A stretch of DNA of 64,000 bases from a virus. The stretch is from the IMG/VR virus record IMGVR_UViG_3300022074_000002; one strand, 5' to 3'. Under the pieces are notes generated by a model. That model worked only from the letters and a program-made list of their open reading frames with translations. It was not told the origin of the DNA and did no database searches. Positions 37,685 to 48,112 of this stretch are shown here, piece by piece; position 1 is the first letter of the stretch; each line of letters begins with the position of its first letter. The translations under genes were made by a program, and so were the position numbers.

Positions 37685-40600
37685 ATGGCAATTCATATTA
37701 ATTCCGATAAAGAAAAGTTTAGGGGCGTCAACCCGAAACTTATCGGCGACAATGAACTTACAATTAGAAGTGGAACTGGTTCTGATGAGAAAGAAATTCT
37801 TAGAACACAGTTAGACGCTAGTACAGGATTGCCCCGTGTTGGTATAAACAGAACGGGTCAAAGAGTTAATGACGTTCAAATAGATTCTGGTGGTTCTGGA
37901 TACATATCACCACCAACTGTAACTATTGCTGCACCACCAGGTGGAGGTGTTCAAGCACAAGGTTCTGCTTTTATTTTTAACGGACAAGTTGTTTCTGTTG
38001 CTGTTAACGAACCAGGCAACGGATATACTACTGCTCCATTAGTTACTTTATCAGGCGGTGGTGGTGTTGGTGCTGCTGCAACAGCAGTTCTCGATACTGT
38101 AGACTTTGAACTTGATATTAACGGTGCGATTAGAACCTCAACTTCTATCATCTCTGACACTGCGAGAATCCTTAACCTTGATATTGATAACTTTGTTACT
38201 CCTAACGCAGCATTTAGAGCACCATCTTTAAAAACATTTGTTAATAACTCTGGTACTCTTTGGTCTCCAAATATTATTCTACAGACAAATGCTTACAGAT
38301 ATTTTGGAGCAAACGTATACCAAGCATTAAACTCAGGACAAACAGGATCTGATGCACCTGTTCATACAGATGGCGAAGCATTAAATGGCGAAGTTAATTT
38401 CAAACATATTGGTTTCCGTGTTGTAGATACAAATGCATATGGATATAGTGCAACAGGACCTGCTGGTGAGTTTCCAAAATCTATTACACCTTTACTAGGT
38501 GATAGATCCGACAAGATTGCAACTACAGAATACGTCCTCAACCTAGCAACGAATGACGTTGGTGGTCGTATCTACGTTTCACAGCAAATTGGTTCTGATC
38601 TTAACGATGGTCGTTCTGCTGTAAACCCAGTTAGAAGTATTAAAAAAGCAGCACAATTAGCATGGTCAACACCTGGCGTTAAAGAAACTATTATTGTATC
38701 TGGTGGAGACTATGTAGAAGATAACCCAATCTCACTACCTCCTGATGCATCAGTTGTTGGAGATAACTTACGTCTTGTTATCATTCGTCCTGCTAACCCA
38801 CAGAAACATATCTTTAAGTTTGGTGATAAGAACTATGTAATCGGTGTTACCTATAGAGATAAGATTGACTCTAATGGTGACGCAGTTGCTACTTGGGACT
38901 TTGCTATGGTCTTTGACGATAAGCAAAGAGTCATAATTGATAAAGAAGCAAATGGAGATTCTGGAACATCTTGGCCAATAGGTCATCAAATATTCGGACC
39001 TCAACAGTTCCGTGTTGGTTTCCAAGACAACACTGGTTTAGCAAATCTAACTACTGGTTTACAAGTTGTTGGTGTTAACACTGGTGCTAGAGCAGATATT
39101 ATTGCTGTCGCATTTGCTCAAACTACAGGTGCGAGTGCATATGTTGCTGGTAATATTGATGTTAAATTAGTCAGTGGTTCTTTTGTAGAAGGTGAACAAT
39201 TTAATTACGTAGTTTCAGTTCAGACTGGTGCTCAACAATCATTGAATACATCAGGAACGACAGCTGCTAATAAAATTACATACACACAAGATCCTACTTC
39301 TGCAATTCCTGCAGGAACATATGTGTATCTTTCTGATGCTGGTAATGCAGCATTTACTGCATCAACTGGATATTATGAAGTTGCTTTAATTGAACCTAAT
39401 GATATTAACACTCCCACAGCATGGGAAGTAACCTTTATACCTCTTCTAGGTTCTACTGGTTGGAACAATGTATTCACAGCACAAATAGAAACCTTTACAG
39501 GAAATGCTACCGTCAATACTTTAAATACAAATTCTCTTCAATCAATTAGAGCTGAGGGTGAAGTTGTATCTGTTGACGAAGATTACGTTACATCATTACC
39601 TATTGCTAGAATTGACTTCTCATTACAAGGTGATGCTAGTATTGCTCAAGATGGTTTCCAAAGTGCACAGTTTGGTAACGCAGAAGATCTAGGTGGTATC
39701 GTATTCTACACAAACGCATTAGTTGGTAGAAATAATACACACGAGTTTAAAGATGGTCAAGAAATATTAATAGAAGGACTACCAACTTCCAACCCTGATC
39801 TATCAGTATTAAATGGTAAGCAAAGAATTTACAAAGTAATTGAAGATGCTGATGGTCGTTGCAGAAGATTTGTAATTCCTAAAAAAATGCCAGCAATCAC
39901 AGATGCTAATCTGGATCCTGGTCAATTTGCTATTGTAAAAACTTTTTCAAAGTCTATTACACTTACACTTCTAAACTCTCCAAACACCTTCCCAATATCT
40001 ACACCAGTAGAAAGAAGATTCCAAGACGCTTGTACATTCCTTCGTAACAACAGAGAATTTATTGCAGAAGAAGTTCTTGGTGAGGTTAATAATCAGTTTG
40101 CAAGATATCATTATTCTGTTTATGATATTGGTGCTGGTGGTGGAAATGATTTTAAAATATTTGTTGGACTTACTGGACAAGAACACACATACGTTTCTGG
40201 TGGTACAGTAACATTTGGTGGAAGCACTGTTAATGTAACTAATTTTGTTTACGATAATATTGTTACAGGTAATGCTACTGTTACAACTGCATCTCCTATA
40301 GCAGGATTAGCAGAAGATGATGTAATAAAACTAGAGGGAATGACTCTATCCTGTAGTGCTGGTAATAAAGTATATCCTGCATACAGTGCTTATAGTGCAT
40401 CAGGAGATGATGGTGATACACAATGTAAGCAAGATGTTGTTCACTTTATCAATGCTCTTATAAGAGACTTAGAATTTGGTACAAACCATAACGTTCTTGA
40501 AGGTTCTCAGAAATATATTGTTGGTGGTAAGATAACATATATTGATGATGAAATTATAGAAAATGTTCGTGCTATTGAATATGCTAGACAGTTAGCAATA

Positions 40601-43600
40601 TATTGCATAAACAACTGGAGAACTGGAACTGGAACTCCTACAGAACCAATCTATACACCAAAATATTCTAGTCTACCAAGATACTTTGATGACACTGTAG
40701 TTACATCTACAGCTTTGTTAAATGCAGATGGTAGTTCTAATGGTAGTGGAAATGCTTGTAATGATGTAACATCTGCTATTGATACTCTATCATTCTTATG
40801 GAACGATGTTATTGCTAACAATGCTAGTGGAACATATCTAGATGCTGCATACCTAATTTCTAGAAACAAAGTTCTTATTGCAGATCAAGCATTACGTGAT
40901 ACAGAAGCATACTTCCCATTCTTAAATCTTGATGATACATCAGAAAGAAAATGTCGTAGAGATGTTAGAAAAATATTAGATGGTTTAATCAGAGACTTAG
41001 TATTAGGTGGTAACGATGGTATCTTAACTGCTGCTGAATCATACTTTACAGGAACACAATTAACTGGTGTTCAAGAAGCACAACGTGCACCAACTTTATA
41101 TGCTGTTGGAAGAGCAAAATTATATGCTATCGCAGCAATGCGTAACTGGACTGATGGTAATGTTCTTGAAGTCACACCAAGCAACGCAACATATAATTCA
41201 ACATCAGGTGAATTAACTGTTTCATTCCCTGCTCCTTTAATAGATGTTTCTATTGGAGATAGAATTGCATTCAAAGAAGAAGCACTTAATTTCTCTTGTA
41301 CATATAACGGTACAACAGCAAACCATCCTGGTCCTGCAAAAACAGATCCATCTTATGGAAAGAGTTTTAACATATCAAACCTTGTAAGTAACGGAGTTAC
41401 AACAACAATTACATGTAATGTTGGAGATGCAGGTCCTGCTGCTGGTGTTGCTCACACATATACAGGTTCTGTAACTAACGGAACAATCATAATTTATAAT
41501 CCAACACAACTATCATCACCTATTCCTAAGTTTGAAGATTGGAATATACTTCTTGATGCTACTTCAAGTGCTGCGTCTAACATATTATCTCCAACAAATG
41601 CTACTTATGAACCAGGAACTGGTTTACTAGAATTAACAGTTCCATCTGGACATAACGTATCAACATCTAATGAAGTTAGAATTGCTCCTGACTCATTAAC
41701 AATGACCTGTGCGATGGATAACAACATCACAGAGCACAAATATCCACAAGAAGGACAACCAGCATTTGGTAATAATAGACCTGTAACTGCAGTAACTGCA
41801 ACTACAATTACCGTTGATGTTGGTACAGCAGGAGCAAACTTAACATTTACTCCAACAGATGCAACATATGACCCTTCAACTGGTTTGTTGGTTCTAACTA
41901 TTGGTTCTCATAGTTTAACTGTAGGCGAAGGTGTTGTTATTGCTAGTGACTCACTCACATTCACATGTGCGATGGATGGCAACCAAAGTCAGAAAACTTA
42001 TCCTCGTGCATCTACAGATTATGCTGCTGAAAGATCTCTGCCAATTGCTGCAGTAACTGCTGAAACTATTACTGTTGACGTAGGAACTGCTGGTGCTAAC
42101 AGAACATTTACTGCTACTGATGCAACATATACACCTTCAACAGGAGTCATGGAACTTACTGTTGGTCAACATGGTTTAGGTGTTGGAAAGGGTATTGTAA
42201 TTCTTGATAACTCTCTTACATTTACATGTGCTCAAGACGGTAATGCTACAAACCATTCATATCCAAGATCCACTGACCCTGCATCAGGAACTTCTAGAAC
42301 TATCACTGCTGTAGGTGAAACACAGCATACAATTACAAATGCACCATATGATCCTGCTACAGGAATAATAACTGTAACTATTTCAAATCATAATTTCTCT
42401 AATGGTGATTACATTAAACTTGATGATGATTCATTAACTTATACTTGCACATTAGACAGTAATGCATCTAATCACACTTATCCTCGTGCTACAGATCGTG
42501 TTAGTGGACGTTGGTTGGCAATTTCTAATGTAACACAAAATACATTTGAGATTAATGTAGGTGCTAACTCAGAAGGTGGAGCACATACATTCGTCAGTGC
42601 ATCATCAAATGGTTTGAAGAGACAGACTGGAACATTGACTGTTAATGTTGGAACATCATCTAACACAACAAACCACACATTTGTAAGTGCTACTACTAAT
42701 GGTATTACACATTCTCCAACCACAACTCACACATTTGTATCTGCAGCAGCTGACGCTGTAAGTCATCAACCATCTGCTGTTCATACATTCAAGAGAATGG
42801 ATGCAAACTCTGTGTCGGTATATGCTGCAGGAGCTGCACCATTATGTGCTGGAGTTGCTACATCTATCAACACAATCATGAGTACATTGACTGATGTGTT
42901 GGATGGTACGACTTCTGCTGGTTCTACAGCAAGAACATATGGAACTCTATTTGATGCCTCACTACTCTTTACATATCCTGATAGTTTCTTATATGATGAA
43001 TTTAATAAGAGAGTATCAATTCGTGGTAACTATGATGATTATCCAATCATTGAAGCATCTCCATATACACAGAACGCATCTGTTATCTCTTTCTTAGGAG
43101 GTGGTGGTGCACTGGTTGATGGATCTAAAGTCAAACAACCCAACTGCCCATTTCCTGGTCTTGAACTAGATGGAACTGCATCCTTCCCTAATCAGGGTAA
43201 GTCGATGGTTGCATCTGCATTCACGATTGTATCTTTTGGTGGTACTGGTTATAAGGTTATTAATGATGGTTACACACAGTTGGTTTCTGTGTTCGTTATC
43301 TTCTGTCAAGATGGTGTGCTTGCTGAGTCAGGTGGTTATTGTTCTATTACTAACTCTGCTACTAACTTCGGTACATTTGCTTTAAGGGGTGTCGGATATA
43401 GAGAAGAGTGCTACACATTTGACCAAGGTATAGTCAGTAACGTATCTGCTACACCTACAGGTAGAACAATACTTACAATTAGTGGATTAGGAAGAGAACC
43501 ACTAGAGCATTATGTTGGTAAAATTGATGGGTATAGAAATACAAACGTAAACATAGAATACTTTGTTGATGTTGTTGCTGCTGTTACTGTAGGTCCTCCA

Positions 43601-46600
43601 TTCTCTGCACAGTTAACATTTGATGATGGTACTGGTGGTGGAATGGACTTGACCGATTTGTCTACTGGTAATCCAGTATCTACTGGTGCTCTTCTTGGTA
43701 AGAGTATTAAATTACATAGACCATCTATTGTTAACTCCTCATCACACACTTGGGAATTTGCTGGATCAGGTACTAACTACCTAGCACTACCTGAGAACGG
43801 TGGTACTAAGATTGAAGCATACGAACAGGTTTCTGAACTATATGGTCGTGTATATGTCTCTGGTACTGACGAACTTGGAGACTTCAAGGTTGGTACATTT
43901 GCTAGAATTGAAAACAGAACTGGTGCGATTACCTTTACTGGTACGGTTACAATCTCTGAAGTTGAATTCTTGAAACTAAAAGGTGGTGACGTTGTTGTTA
44001 CTGGTTTTGATGCATCTAACACATTGGGTGGTGCTAACGCTACTGACTCTAAACTACCTACTCAGAAAGCAGTTAGAGACTACATCACTAACTCCTTAGG
44101 ACCTTACATCAACAAACCATACTCTACTAACGCTGTTCCTAGAGCACTGGTTGAATTGACTGACTCTGGTAAGATATCTGTTGACCAGATTCCAGCACTT
44201 AGACCTTTCAGTGTATTTACTGTTCCTGATCAAGCATCAAGAACTTCTCTAGAAGGAGCACTTGCTGGTGACATCGCAATCCAACAGGATACATCACAGT
44301 CATTTATTCTAAACAATGACCTTGAGAGTTTATTCTTAGGATTTACAGTAGACACTAATTTAGCATTTACAATTGGAGATATCTTCGAGGGTAGTATATC
44401 TGGTGGTCGTATACAGGCAACAGAATATAGACAAGGTGTTGTATTCAGAGTTAATATCTCTAACGGTGGTTCTGGATACACTGTTGCACCAACTGTTAGT
44501 TTCTCAGGTGGTAACCCTGCAGCTGGTGCTGTGTCAGCAGCAGCAACTTGTACAATTGCAAACGGTCAAGTTGTTACTGTAACTATCCAGACGTTTAATG
44601 GATTTAAAGGTGGTAAAGGATATACCACACAACCTACTGTTACATTCTCTGCTCCTCCAGGTGCTGGTCAACAAGCACAGGGTAATCCTTTAATTGAAAG
44701 TAGATTATATGGTAGCATCGTTAACAATATTAAGATTGAAGATACTGATACTGTTAATGACAGCACAACACCAAGTGCAAATACAGTTAATATTAATAGA
44801 ACTATTAACACATCTTCATTCAATGTTAACAACTGGGTATCTCTATCATCTAACCAGATTGCTGCATCAGATATTACATCAGGTGTTATTGAAACAGATA
44901 GATTAGCATCAGGTGGTGCTGCTAACTCATTCACATTCTTAAGAGGTGACCAGAACTTTGCATTAGCAGTTCAGTCTATCAAAGGTGCTGAGACAAGATA
45001 CTTTGCTAAACTGGTATCACAGGTTAATACTGGATCATCATCTATGATCTTTAGCACGAACTCTGACGTTCTTATTGGTCACGATGTTCTTTCTGGTGTT
45101 GCTGGAATACAAAACAATACAAGTATTACTGGTGTTATTACTGCTGCTGGTTTAACAACTATATCATTAAATAATCCAGTTACTCAAAACATTCCATTAG
45201 GAACAATCATTGAGTTTGAGCGTGGTGAATCACCAATGACATTTGAGTCTACCTTCACACAGGGTGGATTTGTTGATGATGTCATCATCGCAAACGGCGG
45301 ATCAGGATTTACAAACGGACAATACTTTGATCAATCTCTAACAGGTGGTACAGGAACAGGATTAAAAGCAAACATTGTTGTTGCTGGTAACGCTGTTACA
45401 GAAATGACTGTTACTGATGGTGGTACTGGATACAATGCTGACTTCTCAATTACAGTTGCACCTTCAGCACTTGGTGGTGGATCTAGTTTAGTATTAAATG
45501 CTAAAGTAAGTACAGTTAATAGACAGTATGCAAACGTTTCTCTTGACATTAACAGAGTTACTGACCTAACAATTTCTGCTGACCTTTACGGAACAATTGG
45601 TGTTTCCAGATATAAGAAAGCACAATTTAATATTGGTCAGGCAGGAAACGGATCTGTTGAACTTAAGACTGGTGCTGACAGTGGACTTGATGCTGACTTA
45701 TTAGATGGACAGCAAGGTAATTACTATACCAATGCAAATCACTTGTTCGCTGGACAAGTTCCACAAGACAGATTGGGTGGTATATATGGTATTGACATTA
45801 GTGGATCTTCTGCTAACACAATTAGATTACAGTCTGGTACTAACAACCCAACCTCTAATCCAAATCCAAACAGTTTTGTTGAAGGTGTTATTTCTAATAC
45901 AGTATTCAACAGTTCTAATGGATTGGGAACTGCATATCCTTCAGTTAATACAGGTATTGGAACTGGAACATCTACCAAGCACTTAGTTCTAACCATAAGA
46001 AATGGTGCTGCTGGTTTTGACGCATCGTTTGGTGGTGTAAGACAACTTGCATTTGCTAATGATGACAATATGTACCTTCGTGGTTCTGGTAACGGAGTCA
46101 GCACATGGAACTCATGGGCGAAGGTATGGACATCATTAAGTGATGGTGTTGATTCTGGAATGGATGCTGACAGACTAGACAACAGACAAGGTAATTGGTA
46201 TCAGGATGCATTAAACATTAACTACGGAACATTATCTGATAATAGACTTCCTAGATTTATTAGTGAAACTAAGTTTAGAGATAAGATCACAATCAAAGCG
46301 TTTGCTGGTGATCCTAAGTTTAGAATATATGTCTCAGGTCAAATACTTAATCAGGCACCATTTATACCTGGCGATCCTAACAACCCATCTGTAAACCTTT
46401 ACAATGCTAACGCACAGGGTGTTGGTAGTTTTGTTATCGACAACGTTGTTACCAATGATGATGTTAATGATAACTTTAATGACTACACAATCCTAATTGG
46501 TAGACTTACATCTGGTAACTTTGCTGGTGCTCTAACAGTTGGTACTGCATCTAACAGAGTAGAGTTTGATGACTTTACTATTGAAGATGGTAACACACTA

Positions 46601-48100
46601 GAAGTTTGTAACTTACATAGTGATGGCGGTGTTGGACAGTTACAATTAGGTAGAAAAGATGGTAACGCAACTACACCTAGAATATTATTCAATTCATCTC
46701 AGCTCGCTTCTAGTTACAACGCTAAGATAGAAGCATCAGGTGGTAATGCATCTGCAGGATCTGGTTCTCTTAACGTTGATGTTGTAAATGCTGACGGATT
46801 TACAATTAAGAACCAAGTTGTTTGGAACCAAGGTAACATACAATTCTCAAGTTCTAACACACCAAACTATGCTGTACAACGTGATGGATCTGGTAACTTC
46901 TCTGCTGGAACAATCACAGCAAACTTAGTTGGTTCTGCATCACTTAACGTATTGAAGACTGGTGATACAATGACTGGTTCATTGAACATCACTGGTGGTA
47001 GTTCAACACTTACAGTTGCTGGTACTACAAATCTCAATAGCATAGTTAACATTGCAAATGATCTTAGTGTTGATAGTGGTGTATTATTTGTTGATGTATC
47101 CGCTAATGAGGTCGGAATAAACACTACATCTCCAGCTGCTCCTCTAGACGTTAGAGGTGATGGCGGTGTCATGATCCGCAGTACTACCAACAATGTTGGT
47201 GTAGGAATTAGATTCAGTGATCAAACTAGCGGATTTACTCAGCAAGGTAGATTCTTCTATCAGCATGGTGATGCTACTACTGGTTTTGGTTCTTACAACG
47301 AACAGTTCCAAGTTGAAGGTACAGAAACATTATTAGGTTTCAGAGTAGTTGGTGATATCCATGCATCCAGAAGAATGGGTGTTGGTATAAATCGTTTACC
47401 AAATTTCACATTTGAAGTTGGTGGAACTGGAATGTTCTCAGGTGCTCTTACTATTGACAGTGCTAATGATAACTCTGGTGCACCATTATACTTCTTAGGT
47501 TCTAACTCACAAAGGAACTTTAGAATTGGTAACCAGATTGGTCACAGTAATGCGTTTGAAATAACACCATCTACAAACAATGGTGGTCAGAACTGGGATG
47601 GCACTCCTGCAATTTATGTAAGAGGTGACAGAAGAGTTGGTATCAATACATCAGCAATATCTGGTGTTGACTCTGAATCAAACACAACTAGAAGTTACTA
47701 CTTGAATGTTCAAGGTGACATGAACATCAATGGTCAGTTGTTCCAGAATAACTCTGAATTCGTAACATCTAGATGGACAGAAGCATCTAACAATCTAGAT
47801 ATTTACAGACTATCCAGAGTTGGAATCAAGAAACAAGATCCTACATATGATCTACATGTTCTTGGTGGAGTTAACATTGAAGGTTCCACATTTAGTGGTG
47901 GACAGAACACATCTGTTCTTTATGCTAACGGTGTTAAGCAGTGGATTGACTCTTATGGAATATTCAAGGCAAACTCAAATACAGTTTCTGAAAACGTAAC
48001 TGTACCAGCAAATGTCAACTGTGTAAGTGCAGGACCTATCACTATTGCTAACGGTTATACAGTGACTATAAATAATAGTGGTAACTGGGCTATTGTATAA
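37685..48100 (+). CDS. Giant tail-fibre-like protein (3471 aa) with two phycobiliprotein-like domains and nested beta repeats
   Basis: IYVS...GSD.NDGRS...P.RSIKKA, KLPTQKAVRDYI, GLDADLLDG/GMDADRLD and GINT..P..PLDV motifs; cyanophage fibre-type C-terminus. Confidence 0.85.
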   Translation: MAIHINSDKEKFRGVNPKLIGDNELTIRSGTGSDEKEILRTQLDASTGLPRVGINRTGQRVNDVQIDSGGSGYISPPTVTIAAPPGGGVQAQGSAFIFNGQVVSVAVNEPGNGYTTAPLVTLSGGGGVGAAATAVLDTVDFELDINGAIRTSTSIISDTARILNLDIDNFVTPNAAFRAPSLKTFVNNSGTLWSPNIILQTNAYRYFGANVYQALNSGQTGSDAPVHTDGEALNGEVNFKHIGFRVVDTNAYGYSATGPAGEFPKSITPLLGDRSDKIATTEYVLNLATNDVGGRIYVSQQIGSDLNDGRSAVNPVRSIKKAAQLAWSTPGVKETIIVSGGDYVEDNPISLPPDASVVGDNLRLVIIRPANPQKHIFKFGDKNYVIGVTYRDKIDSNGDAVATWDFAMVFDDKQRVIIDKEANGDSGTSWPIGHQIFGPQQFRVGFQDNTGLANLTTGLQVVGVNTGARADIIAVAFAQTTGASAYVAGNIDVKLVSGSFVEGEQFNYVVSVQTGAQQSLNTSGTTAANKITYTQDPTSAIPAGTYVYLSDAGNAAFTASTGYYEVALIEPNDINTPTAWEVTFIPLLGSTGWNNVFTAQIETFTGNATVNTLNTNSLQSIRAEGEVVSVDEDYVTSLPIARIDFSLQGDASIAQDGFQSAQFGNAEDLGGIVFYTNALVGRNNTHEFKDGQEILIEGLPTSNPDLSVLNGKQRIYKVIEDADGRCRRFVIPKKMPAITDANLDPGQFAIVKTFSKSITLTLLNSPNTFPISTPVERRFQDACTFLRNNREFIAEEVLGEVNNQFARYHYSVYDIGAGGGNDFKIFVGLTGQEHTYVSGGTVTFGGSTVNVTNFVYDNIVTGNATVTTASPIAGLAEDDVIKLEGMTLSCSAGNKVYPAYSAYSASGDDGDTQCKQDVVHFINALIRDLEFGTNHNVLEGSQKYIVGGKITYIDDEIIENVRAIEYARQLAIYCINNWRTGTGTPTEPIYTPKYSSLPRYFDDTVVTSTALLNADGSSNGSGNACNDVTSAIDTLSFLWNDVIANNASGTYLDAAYLISRNKVLIADQALRDTEAYFPFLNLDDTSERKCRRDVRKILDGLIRDLVLGGNDGILTAAESYFTGTQLTGVQEAQRAPTLYAVGRAKLYAIAAMRNWTDGNVLEVTPSNATYNSTSGELTVSFPAPLIDVSIGDRIAFKEEALNFSCTYNGTTANHPGPAKTDPSYGKSFNISNLVSNGVTTTITCNVGDAGPAAGVAHTYTGSVTNGTIIIYNPTQLSSPIPKFEDWNILLDATSSAASNILSPTNATYEPGTGLLELTVPSGHNVSTSNEVRIAPDSLTMTCAMDNNITEHKYPQEGQPAFGNNRPVTAVTATTITVDVGTAGANLTFTPTDATYDPSTGLLVLTIGSHSLTVGEGVVIASDSLTFTCAMDGNQSQKTYPRASTDYAAERSLPIAAVTAETITVDVGTAGANRTFTATDATYTPSTGVMELTVGQHGLGVGKGIVILDNSLTFTCAQDGNATNHSYPRSTDPASGTSRTITAVGETQHTITNAPYDPATGIITVTISNHNFSNGDYIKLDDDSLTYTCTLDSNASNHTYPRATDRVSGRWLAISNVTQNTFEINVGANSEGGAHTFVSASSNGLKRQTGTLTVNVGTSSNTTNHTFVSATTNGITHSPTTTHTFVSAAADAVSHQPSAVHTFKRMDANSVSVYAAGAAPLCAGVATSINTIMSTLTDVLDGTTSAGSTARTYGTLFDASLLFTYPDSFLYDEFNKRVSIRGNYDDYPIIEASPYTQNASVISFLGGGGALVDGSKVKQPNCPFPGLELDGTASFPNQGKSMVASAFTIVSFGGTGYKVINDGYTQLVSVFVIFCQDGVLAESGGYCSITNSATNFGTFALRGVGYREECYTFDQGIVSNVSATPTGRTILTISGLGREPLEHYVGKIDGYRNTNVNIEYFVDVVAAVTVGPPFSAQLTFDDGTGGGMDLTDLSTGNPVSTGALLGKSIKLHRPSIVNSSSHTWEFAGSGTNYLALPENGGTKIEAYEQVSELYGRVYVSGTDELGDFKVGTFARIENRTGAITFTGTVTISEVEFLKLKGGDVVVTGFDASNTLGGANATDSKLPTQKAVRDYITNSLGPYINKPYSTNAVPRALVELTDSGKISVDQIPALRPFSVFTVPDQASRTSLEGALAGDIAIQQDTSQSFILNNDLESLFLGFTVDTNLAFTIGDIFEGSISGGRIQATEYRQGVVFRVNISNGGSGYTVAPTVSFSGGNPAAGAVSAAATCTIANGQVVTVTIQTFNGFKGGKGYTTQPTVTFSAPPGAGQQAQGNPLIESRLYGSIVNNIKIEDTDTVNDSTTPSANTVNINRTINTSSFNVNNWVSLSSNQIAASDITSGVIETDRLASGGAANSFTFLRGDQNFALAVQSIKGAETRYFAKLVSQVNTGSSSMIFSTNSDVLIGHDVLSGVAGIQNNTSITGVITAAGLTTISLNNPVTQNIPLGTIIEFERGESPMTFESTFTQGGFVDDVIIANGGSGFTNGQYFDQSLTGGTGTGLKANIVVAGNAVTEMTVTDGGTGYNADFSITVAPSALGGGSSLVLNAKVSTVNRQYANVSLDINRVTDLTISADLYGTIGVSRYKKAQFNIGQAGNGSVELKTGADSGLDADLLDGQQGNYYTNANHLFAGQVPQDRLGGIYGIDISGSSANTIRLQSGTNNPTSNPNPNSFVEGVISNTVFNSSNGLGTAYPSVNTGIGTGTSTKHLVLTIRNGAAGFDASFGGVRQLAFANDDNMYLRGSGNGVSTWNSWAKVWTSLSDGVDSGMDADRLDNRQGNWYQDALNINYGTLSDNRLPRFISETKFRDKITIKAFAGDPKFRIYVSGQILNQAPFIPGDPNNPSVNLYNANAQGVGSFVIDNVVTNDDVNDNFNDYTILIGRLTSGNFAGALTVGTASNRVEFDDFTIEDGNTLEVCNLHSDGGVGQLQLGRKDGNATTPRILFNSSQLASSYNAKIEASGGNASAGSGSLNVDVVNADGFTIKNQVVWNQGNIQFSSSNTPNYAVQRDGSGNFSAGTITANLVGSASLNVLKTGDTMTGSLNITGGSSTLTVAGTTNLNSIVNIANDLSVDSGVLFVDVSANEVGINTTSPAAPLDVRGDGGVMIRSTTNNVGVGIRFSDQTSGFTQQGRFFYQHGDATTGFGSYNEQFQVEGTETLLGFRVVGDIHASRRMGVGINRLPNFTFEVGGTGMFSGALTIDSANDNSGAPLYFLGSNSQRNFRIGNQIGHSNAFEITPSTNNGGQNWDGTPAIYVRGDRRVGINTSAISGVDSESNTTRSYYLNVQGDMNINGQLFQNNSEFVTSRWTEASNNLDIYRLSRVGIKKQDPTYDLHVLGGVNIEGSTFSGGQNTSVLYANGVKQWIDSYGIFKANSNTVSENVTVPANVNCVSAGPITIANGYTVTINNSGNWAIV
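40016..42906 (+). other. Two phycobiliprotein-like domains in the giant fibre (Cys914/Cys1025 and Cys1090/Cys1721)
   Basis: Hand alignment to beta-phycocyanin helices A/B, E (CxRD), G and H; see findings. Confidence 0.6.
41171..42830 (+). repeat. Five beta-rich protein repeats (T.ATY.P.TG...LTFTC..D....YP...TITV.VG...HTFVSA), four of them nested
   Basis: Read directly from the translation. Confidence 0.8.
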
Positions 48101-48112
48101 AGGAATCAAAAG

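Noticed and set aside
9067-47193. Numerous 60-150 aa antisense and off-frame ORFs inside g6, g7, g8 and the fibre genes
   Set aside because: Shadow ORFs expected from the codon bias of long Gly/Thr/Ser-rich genes; no promoters, SD sites or recognisable motifs
10362-48100. Inteins, introns or frameshifts explaining the giant ORFs
   Set aside because: No LAGLIDADG or Hint motifs and no frame breaks noticed; size is explained by modular insertions
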